A stretch of DNA of 63,657 nucleotides, counting the filler, from Hausera hauseri (lineage: Eukaryota): assembly GCA_046269625.1 (NCBI GenBank). It is 12 parts of 12 records of this genome, joined end to end, with 100 filler letters (N's around TTAATTAATTAA, not from the genome) between each part and the next. Parts side by side here need not be neighbours in the genome. Positions count along the whole stretch, not along the records: positions 49,132 to 58,950 come from JBJURY010283282.1; positions 59,051 to 63,657 come from JBJURY010507797.1; 10 more parts are not named here. One strand, 5' to 3'. The notes beneath the pieces are model-generated. The model made no database searches and had not been told where the DNA came from. It saw only the letters and a program-made list of their open reading frames with translations. Position numbers and translations under genes: made by a program. Positions 51,072-60,863 of the stretch are shown here, in pieces. The first letter of the stretch is position 1; the number at the start of each line of letters is the position of its first letter.

Positions 51072-54045
51072 TATTCATCCTATTAGGTTCTGATGTAATA
51101 AAACAACTTTCATTACAGAGCAAACGGAAAAAGGGGCAATCAGTCCAGCACCCCCACACCAGAACTCCTGTGTCATGTTATGGCACCTGTCTTAAAGTGA
51201 GCCTATGTGTGTGTTTATTATCAAAGCCAACTGTTGTTTTGATCAAGACCCCAAGGTGCCCGGATGTCCATCCGACACCAAACGTGGAGCAGACCCCTCA
51301 ACCAGACTGCAAGATGTCGTGAGTGACCTTTGACCGATGGATCATCAGCTTTTCTGTCTTCATGCGGTCTCCTTTGGTCTGGAGACCAGTTCAGCATTTT
51401 TGCAGCAGTTCATATCCAGGACCCCCATCTGGACAGTTAAAAGTTCAAGGTTGTTGCTTGACTGATAGATCTTTGCTTTGTGTCCATCATCTTGCTTGGC
51501 CGACAGTTTCTTTGTTTTTATGTCAGTGGTGTTTGCTGACAGTTTCTTTTGTTGTTGTGTCAGTGGTGTTGGCTGACAGTTCCTTTGAAAAGTCACATCG
51601 GTCGGTCAGTTTGTCAGATCCAGCTTTCAGTGTCCACCTGAACACATCCGGTTTCAGACCGACAACCAAAAACCGAAGGCACTTGATGCAAAACTCAGAT
51701 GGATGCTGTATGTATCTGAAGACTATCTGTATGTGTTTGTGGGCCTGACCAGACTTCTTCCCTGATCCATAGCTCTGTCTGTCTTCTCAGGCTGCTGAGA
51801 AGGAAAGTATTCAAATCTAAATATGAAAAGCCAGAACTAAGTAAGTTCTATTTTGGGACTTCAGCGTTTTACCTTCAACAGAGTCATCTTGCAGCCTGGT
51901 CTGCACAACGGAGAATTTTAAAACACCTAATTATCTGAGAGTGAAAACATCCCTTTAATACTGCAAAACCAAATTCATTATACCCCACTAATCATAATTT
52001 AATTCAATTAAGATTATGTATATATCACCAAGTCACCACAGAGATCATCACCACTGCCTCATGTACTCGTAGGACCTGTGTGAAATCCCTAGATGTTTAA
52101 AGTAGTTTTATCTAACAATTAAAATTGTTGTTTACACCTAAATAACATAGTTCTTATAAGGAAACAGCTCTTAAAATCTACACAACATTTACAATGTGTG
52201 ATCAAATCATTTAGAATTATTAATTTAAACCCAGTGTTCCTATTCCAAGTGTATTTAAATACCTTTTTATTCCCTCTATATTACGGTGTTCAGGTTTTAT
52301 TATTATTTTTTTTAATTTTTTTCAGTTGTATTTATAAACTAACTTTATGGTCAATTTTAAGAAGAAATTTTGGCTATTTTGTTCAATATGTGTCATCCAG
52401 AATTGCTCTAACTTAATTGGACCTGTTTATGTTGGTAATCCAATTGGTAAGCTTTAATTAAATTTTGAATTGTAGTTTAATTCAGTGTCGTATCCTCTCT
52501 GACCACTGTTTGGGGTATTAAACATACATGAATTTAAGGGAGAAACTGAGCTTTGACGTTTCTCTTTCCGGGTCAAAGTTCTCGAGATCGGTGTGGAATT
52601 ATCCAGCAATGCAGACATGGTCCTGTTTCTACATCTGCCTTATAATCTGTCTATTTTTCTACTTTGACATCTCTATTTTATCTTGTTAAAAAATCTATAT
52701 GCCTCTCTCATGATTGTCTATTGTTGATGGATTGAAAATCTACTGTTGCTGTTGTCATCCTTCTCAGTTCGTAGCCAGGTCTCTCGTTCTTGTGTTCAAT
52801 ACTTCATCAGCAGGTGTTGTTCACTGTCCCTCCAAATGGTATCCGATGACACTCGCAATACTGGGTGCACTCCAGCAGGGGGCGCCGTTGGACAGGTCAA
52901 AGAAGACGCATAGGGTTGAGGTTTTCCCAATGCATTCTACCTTAATGAGTTCTTCATAAGCTGTCTTTATCCTTGAATACTTCTCTTCATCTTGTATTGT
53001 GACGAGCTGGTTCAACACCACCTTAAGTTCACTCCATCTCTCGTATAAATTTGATCAATTATCGCTCGTACACGTCCGGATTGATATCTATAGTTTTATA
53101 TATGACATTACTGTTTTTTGGACTCCATCATTCAACACTGTTTGCTTTCACACAGCCCTACAACTTTATTTTGTAATTCTTCCACTCTAACGAGCTGCTG
53201 ACGTGCTTTGATGAAGGTGTGTTCAAGCTACAACCCAAAAGTGGTTTTAGCTTGCTGTGACCCCCCTCAAGTCACCATCATTGCCCCTTTCCCGAGGCGT
53301 CTTTTGCTCGCTGTCACAGACACACACGCACACACAGACAGAGGTGAGCCTCTCTGCATCTCACACACACATGCACGCGACTCAGGACACAGTTATATTG
53401 ACCCCAATAAAAATATTATTTTGTGAAAATGTATGTTGACTCCGTTCGTTATATTATAACTTTATTATTATTTTGTTATTATTATTATTATTATTTTTAA
53501 CTTATTACTCTACCTTCAAATCATCGTTTTATTTGTATTAAATTTTATTTATCACTTTATTTGTTACTATGTATTTAAATCGTTATTAGATTAGATATTA
53601 CCAGTTAGTTTCGTTTTGATTTGTGGTTTTCATAATCTCACCAGATTCCGCCTTACTTACTTATTTATCAATCTAGTAAGTAACTAATTGACACTGTTTT
53701 AATTCAGTCACAAACTCTGAACGAGATTACAGTTAACTCAGTCTACGGGTTACAGGAACTTTAATAAAATTCAACTTCTCTCAATCGTTCCCCCTCCTTA
53801 GAACTCGTCAGTTCTTAGGTTTGCTCGACCACGGCCGTGATTTATCCTGGAATCTGGGTCTTGATTATTCTATTTTTACTTTATCGACGTATACTCTACC
53901 CAGGAGTCCACACACTGAACTTAAATTTACCTATAATTTGTCCAATAACAGATTTTTTCTTTAAAGGTAAATCTGCTCACCTTGTATGATTGAGGCGCCT
54001 CTTTATTCAGTATCTGGACTCCTTTCCTCCCCACTGCCTGTGATG

Positions 54046-54066
54046 AATCTCGGTGTGGAACCTCCA
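54046..54066 (-). promoter_or_regulatory. Primer-binding site complementary to tRNA-Gln 3' end
   Basis: Minus TGGAGGTTCCA(CA)CCGAGATT, 3 nt after LTR end CAACA. Matches the complement of tRNA-Gln ...AAUCUCGGUGGAACCUCCA with a 2-nt insertion. Confidence 0.85.
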
Positions 54067-54069
54067 AAT

Positions 54070-55172
54070 TGTTGCGTCACCATCCGCCCGAGTCCGTTTT
54101 CTTCGACACAAACAGCTTACAGGGGAGAAAAACCACAAAGTATTTCTGGCAATATCATTCGTGTTTAATTCATTGTCTGATTAATAGTTACAGAATACAT
54201 TTCATTAGTTATTAAATGTTTGCTTTACCAAGGTTAAGTACACAAGCATGTAAAACAAAAGACATTGAATGCGCATTCAATGGAGACAAATACAACCTGA
54301 TAAGACAGTTCCTCTGTCAGCCCACTCTGCGTTGTCTGCCTGAAGGAGGAAGTCTTTGCTGTTTTATAGCCCAAGTTCTGACCAGCACACGAACAGAACA
54401 TTCTAGAATGTTCTTGTTGCTCCACCTACTATTGTGTGTTTCACTATAATTAAAACACTACAATCATTTAGCAAGTTAATCTACTTTATATATAATCTCA
54501 CAAGAACTAGCTATAATTTTATAAATTCACATTTTTATATAATTACAATCTTATCCAACAAGCCAAGAGACAGGTATGATACTGACTACTCTTGAGAGAA
54601 GAGTATTCCTTTTGTTGCAGGTTGACTAACTAAAACTCTCAGGTTCTTAAGTTAATAATAATTAACATTTAATCTATTTAATCACTGTCTGATACAGGCT
54701 TCATTTTAGATGAACTGACACAAGTTCCAATCTTCACACTAATACATCAGAAATATTAAGCTAACATTAGATTACAAAGTAATAGTTATATTAATCTAAC
54801 AATTTAGACTAAACCATTGATCAGAAAACATCCAGGCCTTAAGGTAAACTCTTCATGTGTGTGTAAAGAGGCCCCAGCTGCCATAAACTTATCTCTGGAA
54901 TGTATCCCTTAAGGTCCTTTACGGGGCAGTAGAAGACCGTATCCATAGTAACGCAGCTTCTGAACCAATCAGAAAGCGAGACCTCTACCACATCAACAAA
55001 AGCAGGAAATACCACACACACACTAGCCTTTGGGTCAGAACTTTCTGCATGACCTCCGAACTCCTGCAAACCTCAGTTAACAAATCCTTTTCATGCAAGA
55101 CTATGTTTCAGCTGCTCTGAACACAAAGTGAGCAGACCACCCCAAAAAACACAAACATTTTATTTTACATCA
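54070..55172 (-). mobile_element. 1103-bp LTR of an ERV-like element
   Basis: TGATG...CAACA termini, preceded by PPT AAAGGGGG (55175-55182). Contains TATAAAA (54362-54368) and ATTAAA (54164-54169). Followed by the PBS. Confidence 0.82.
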
Positions 55173-55240
55173 AACCCCCTTTGGACCTCAATTCCTGAGG
55201 TCCACACATAAAAATAAAATCATGAAGTCAGCACCATTAT

Positions 55241-55800
55241 TTATGTGGTGCAGACATTTGAAAGTCGTTCAGATCGTATCCTTTCAGCAAGAGTAGTTGT
55301 CGAGTCACTTCCGGATCTCTTTTCTCCAGGGTGGACGTGATAAGTCGAACAGCTAGAGATCACAGGCAAGGCAACAGTACAATCTCTCCTACTAGGAACA
55401 ACACAAGCATATTCTAGGAGAAGGATCAAAGACACCACACTTACAGTAACCATCCCAACTCCCAGAGTAACCTTTTTATCTGGCCACCACATTTTGTCAA
55501 CCACTTATTTTGCACGACCTCTTTTTTTTTTAAGATACAAAAACAAGAACAGTGGCAACAGTATGCAGAAACATACTAATTTGGATAAATATAAAATATA
55601 TTTTGAGTGTAAAAATAAGACGTATATTAGTAAAGTTTTTTTTTTAAATTGAAGAATTTAAAATCTGAATTAAATGCAATACCAAATGTCAAGTAAGCAT
55701 ATAGGATATAAATGCAAGTGTAGGCTAGTGGTATAAACGAAAACTTATAAGACTTCAATTCCTCCTCCAGCAGCAAGGCAGTTGTCTCCCTTGAACACAC
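55241..55800 (-). pseudogene. env transmembrane-subunit remnant
   Basis: TALLLEEELKS heptad-like piece and DKMW.P.KK..GMVTVSVVSLILLL..ACVVP.RR anchor immediately upstream of the PPT. Confidence 0.5.
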
Positions 55801-56015
55801 AGAAAGAGAGTACAAAATTATTGGCATTCAAGAGCAGAATGTCAATACAAATTGTTATCAAAAATGTTTCAAAAAATGTTAAAAATATAGATATTGTTTA
55901 AAAATATCAAAAAAGATTAAAATGTTAATAAAATGTTAGTACATTATCAGAATGTGCCACACGTACTCAGGGCATTCCCCTGGGGTGCTCAGGGATATTG
56001 AATCCTCCTACATCC

Positions 56016-57935
56016 CTGAGTTTTCTTCATGAAATGTGAGACTCTAATTATGTAGTGTTTTTGTCGTTTCTAGGTGTCTGTACTATGTGTGAATATTCCA
56101 GCACCAAGTGGCCCCATTTAACAGAGTCCTTCTGGGCTCGCACGCAACTTCACTTGGCTGCTTTGGACTATCAAAACATAAAAGTCCAAGTTACGATTTC
56201 TTTAGTTGTCCTGGTCAGGCCTTCAGCTCCTTCCAGGTTCACGAGCTGGTGCACACTGGCTGCGGCTGTGACAGGTGTCCCTCTTTTTCTAGAGACTGAT
56301 GACGTATGATGTTCTCTCTCTCCACCACCAGGTGGGGTCCTTTCCCTCTTTTGAGCAAGACCCAGTCTGGTGTGGGGCCATAGTCAGTCTCCTCATTTAC
56401 ATATTTCCCCCCTGATGAGAAAAACTGGACACCAAAGCTTGCGAATTGTTAAATACACAAATGGCCTATTTAATTGTATTATCTATGGGTTCCCTGGCCC
56501 ATTTATGGGCCTGGAAAAAACCTGACTGTAATTTCTTCATAGTGAGTAAAATTTGTTTCTTAAGTCTAGGGCAACCTGATGGTCATTATTGCTAATACTA
56601 GAGTGTATTCTTAAGCTGTAATGATTATAATCAAACAGTACTTGGAAAAAACTAAATTAAAATGCTATTCTTACATTCATCTATAAATGTGAAATTGAAA
56701 TGAAGGATATACTGGATTTCTCCAGGACTGTGTAATCCAGTTCCATTCTCCACCACTTGAAACATTTGTCTTCAATGGATCTACCTGAAATAAGCAAAGT
56801 TATCTCCACAAAAACAACACAACACAATAAACAATACACAACAATAAGTGATACATTTTTCAGTGCAAACAAGTAATCAGTAAAATAAAGTTTTCAAGGA
56901 TACTCCTTGGCACCTGCCATTGTAATTAGGGTTAGTATAATACATCTTATACTGACCTCCTCACGGAGCCTGTGGAAGGAACTTCATTGACGCATGCGCA
57001 GAAAACATTAAAGTGCAATATAAACTTAAAAGCTTCAAACAACTGGCATATAACTCTTCCCTCCAGATACCTGTTCCAGAGAGAAAACAAGGAAAAAATC
57101 ATAACTCCTGAGCCTGTCGAAATATGTGGTTAATATACTTTGTTCATGAAACCTTTTAATATCCAAATTAACCTATTTTAAGTCAAGTCCAGTCAAGTCA
57201 AGTCAAGTGTGTTTAAAATACAGAACCACCACTTTTTCTAATTAACCTTTGATCACATCCACTTCAGGAGGCTGTTTCAGATCCTGCTGTCTATTTTAGG
57301 GTTATTCGTTTGGGGCGTCCCCCTTTTTGACCGGTGAAGTTCCTGGAATCTGGAAACAAGAGAAGATAAATACTTATGTTAACCTATACAAGAGCAATAT
57401 CGATGTTAGGCTTCTGATTTCTTTCACTTTTCAAATGTCGATGTGGTTTTCCCAACTGTTCCTTGTTGTTCTCTTAAATATAAAACCTACGAAGTTATTT
57501 TAGATATATCTATTATTATTTTATTTAATTAATGCTCTACACCTTTTATGAACTGTTTCCTGCTAAGAACACCCTTCTGGCTATAAAATACTAACCCACG
57601 GTTTGAGAAATAGTTTCAGAAATATAAAAATAATATGGTGTAGTCGTACCATTCCTACTACAGTTAATCAATCTAGGTTTTAAAACCTATAGCTAACTAT
57701 AACCCAAATTCTTATATAATTTCTATAAGGAATTAACCATTAAATAAATCTCATCCTTTGTTGCAAACCAGACCTACTAAATGAGCTCATTCAAGGCAAA
57801 GACCATCATTTATCATTAATTTAGAAAACATTACCCAACTCAATCTAAATCAGGTCTTAGGCACAGGTTTCTCTTGTGATCAACCTGTAAAAATGAAAAG
57901 TTAAAAACAATATATTGCTAAGGAGTGGGGAGCAT
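56016..57935 (-). repeat. Internal segment of retrovirus-like LTR element, copy A (5'-truncated)
   Basis: Direct repeat of 49133-51071 at an offset of about 6.87 kb. Confidence 0.9.
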
Positions 57936-58191
57936 CAGAGGAGGAGAGATGATAAAACCGAATACTAAAGATGGAAAACAAATCAATAAGCAGTGTGAAT
58001 CACCAGCTAACACAAGAAAAACAAGAAAAAAGGAAAGTTCATAAGAGGGCTGAGGGGAAGGAAAAAAAGAGGGAAGCGGAACGACTGAATGAAAATTGTA
58101 GATAAAGAGAATAACAGATGAACGAGGCTTCAGTTTTACTCAGAACTGAAAAGACTGGAGTCGCTCTGGTTCCAGCTCTTCCCAATAAGAC

Positions 58192-58650
58192 AAGGTGTGG
58201 AGGACTTCCTGTCTCTGGCTGAAGTGTCTGAAGAGCAGCTGCAGCGCTCCGGACACCAGGGGGGCGTAGTTGTGCATCGTCAGGTGGATCAGAACCCGCA
58301 GGAACATTCGACCCCCTTCATCATCCACCTCCAGGATGCTGTTCCCCTTCCTGCACACACACACACACACACCTAATTAACGTAAGGAACCCCAGGTATG
58401 AGCAGGTAAATGCAGAGCTGTGACCTACCCGACTCCAAACATGGCCTCCGCCTGGTCGCCGATCTGCTGCAGGTTCACGGTGGCTGAAGGAGGAGAAGCC
58501 GTCAACACTCACAGAAAAGACGGAAGACCTCAAACATTTAAACAAAGTGTTTCAAACTCTCACCTGCTTGTTCCACGCTGGTGGTGGCGTCAGCCTCAGC
58601 CATGGGATAAACGTCCAGAAACTCCTTTTTGAAGACGGAGAGCAGGAAGA
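58192..58650 (-). pseudogene. itpr3: Teleost-type IP3 receptor type 3 gene fragment (3 exons, 2 introns)
   Basis: Exons 58650-58564, 58483-58429 and 58350-58192 splice in frame via GT-AG to [84 protein letters not shown]. Confidence 0.9.
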
Positions 58651-58770
58651 GGTGGATGGATCATCAACACGAGCCACGCCTCCACAGCAGCCAAAATTAA
58701 AAAAATAATCATGACCCTTGAACTCTCCCCTCCATTTTCACACATTTACAACCACAAACGGGTATATATA

Positions 58771-58950
58771 CAGTGGGGAGAACAAGTATTTGATACACTG
58801 TTGATTTGTCAGGTTTTCCCACTTGCAAAGCATGTAGAAGACTGTAATTTTTATCATAGGTACTCTTCAACTATGAGTGATGGAATCTAAAACAAAAATC
58901 CAGAAAAATACAATGTATGATTTTTAAATAATTAATTTCCATTTTATTGT
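58771..58950 (+). mobile_element. Tc1-like transposon terminal inverted repeat
   Basis: TA followed by CAGTGGGGAGAACAAGTATTTGATACACTG, a typical fish Tc1 end. Confidence 0.8.
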
Positions 58951-59050
58951 NNNNNNNNNNNNNNNNNNNNNNNNNNNNNNNNNNNNNNNNNNNNTTAATT
59001 AATTAANNNNNNNNNNNNNNNNNNNNNNNNNNNNNNNNNNNNNNNNNNNN

Positions 59051-59420
59051 GGTTATCAATATTTAAGTATGTTATTATTCCCTCTGTCATGTAGTGATCT
59101 ACATATCTTAGGCAATCTGGGCACAATCGGTAAGTTTCAAAGTGCTTCTTAATACACGTTTGGCAGAAGCCATGTTGACAAGGGAGTATTGCCACATTGT
59201 CCGTTGCAAATTGAAAACAGATATAGCAAAAAATGCAAATCCTTCGACAGTAGAGACACGTGTTTTGTTCTGCCAGCAATGTATTGATACATTCGTTACA
59301 ATAATGGTGGTTGCAAGGCAAGGTTGTCTTTTCTGCGATTTCCTCCAGGCAAATAGGACATTTTTCTAAAATGTAATGATCAATATCCGAATAACCTCAG
59401 CTTCGTCTAATAAATTCCAT
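59051..59420 (-). CDS. Double C3HC4 RING-finger protein (early in-frame TGA; truncated by contig end)
   Basis: CPIC..LPCNHHYCNEC..CLYC then CYIC..LPCQHGFCQTC..CPDC. Confidence 0.8.
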
Positions 59421-59546
59421 TATTATCATATTTTAACTTATATCTTTGCCAAAATTGATTTATAATTTCTCTGCTAAAAGAAAAATTACATTGAATTATT
59501 ATTTATTTTGGATATTCAATAAAATAGTAAGTAAAGAATCCAATTC

Positions 59547-59720
59547 CTATTTATATATAAAATTCTCAAGATTGACCTCCGTATATATTGAGCAACATGG
59601 GCAGGTATTCTGTTCATACAACCAAGTATATATGCACGATTTGCAATGTTGGCAAATTGATGTTACGTTTTGTCCACTAATTTCGTCCAAGCAAATGGGA
59701 CATTTTTCTAAACACAACAT
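59547..59720 (-). CDS. Small RING-finger paralog (not in ORF track)
   Basis: MLCLEKCPICLDEI..CQHCKSCIYTWLYEQNTCPCC. Shares LEKCPICL.EI and EQNTC with the adjacent gene. Confidence 0.72.
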   Translation of the reverse strand: MLCLEKCPICLDEISGQNVTSICQHCKSCIYTWLYEQNTCPCCSIYTEVNLENFIYK

Positions 59721-59874
59721 TTAATCATTCATCAATTAATAATAGGTAATAAAATGTGATTCCTTTAATTCTTCGAGATATATCTCGGACTAAACCTATT
59801 TCTTTATTAATGGGGTACTATTTAAATTCTACACCGTGTTCTAGAATAACTTTAAGTAAGTAATAACAATTGGA

Positions 59875-60153
59875 TCATCGATCAAATAATTTAAGTTCAA
59901 CATTTATTTTATAAAAGTTTTCTATTTCAATTTCATTTAATAGTGTACAGTTAGGACATTTCATTATGCCCTGATTCATGATCGTCTGCTCTATGTCCAC
60001 TGTCGTGCCGCAATTTTCACAGGCAATTTCTTTTCTTTGTAGTTGGTAAATGAATGGGCATACCGCGCATAACTTTTTATCATCCATATTCATTACGATT
60101 TCCAACGAATCCTCACAGGTCGAACAATATACTAAATAATGTTTCGTTAGCAT
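59875..60153 (-). CDS. Small protein with four CxxC pairs (zinc-ribbon-like)
   Basis: CSTC, CAVC, CENC and CPNC in 92 aa. Confidence 0.6.
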   Translation of the reverse strand: MLTKHYLVYCSTCEDSLEIVMNMDDKKLCAVCPFIYQLQRKEIACENCGTTVDIEQTIMNQGIMKCPNCTLLNEIEIENFYKINVELKLFDR

Positions 60154-60614
60154 AATTGAACCATCAGTTTATTCTCAATTTCCTTTCTTTTATTCTTTTG
60201 ATAATAATAATAATATATTATTCCAATTACAACCGTAAAAATAAAACAGTATTTATTGTATCAAGGTTGTATATATTGTATTCTGTTTGGTCTCGATACG
60301 TATTCCTGCTAATCATTTCCCTCTTCTTTATCTTCGCCATCGGAAATCACCACCACCTTGGTTCCCCGATATCTTTTTTCGGCAAAATAGGCAAGAATTC
60401 GGACTTTCTATTGATATCGTCAGATTTCTTTGACAGACTGAGTAGGCTACATAAGTTATTCAGTTATTTCTTTCACTACTTATCTTTCGCAATTTACATT
60501 AATTAGTATTAAGTGAAAACTAATTAAGCTCCTCTTTCAGTTTCTTCTTTACTTATTCAAGACAACTTTCAACGAACATCAATCTATTTTTATAACTATT
60601 ACATATGATCAAAG

Positions 60615-60863
60615 TTATAGGTATCTGATTCCATTGGGTCTTAATACATAGGCTGGTTCAGGATCTTCTACTTCTTCATCTGATTCTCCGTCTGGTATGA
60701 CTACGACTATGTCGTTCCAGCATTGGTAGGATGTCGTTTTTCGACGACAAAAGGGACAGGTTTGATTTTTTCGGAGCCAACTGTCGGCACATTTGATGCA
60801 CATAATATGTGTACATCTAAATAGTGCAAATCTTCGGCCAAGAGAACCATAACATATTTTCAT
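60615..60863 (-). CDS. RING-finger protein (first Cys lost) with acidic tail
   Basis: KIC..RCTHIMCIKCADSWLRKNQTCPFCR..DGESDEEVEDPE. Confidence 0.75.
   Translation of the reverse strand: MKICYGSLGRRFALFRCTHIMCIKCADSWLRKNQTCPFCRRKTTSYQCWNDIVVVIPDGESDEEVEDPEPAYVLRPNGIRYL

Noticed and set aside
13017-58650. Two ITPR fragments suggesting a shared system
   Set aside because: Different contigs, different gene regions and apparently different taxa; co-occurrence is explained by concatenation.
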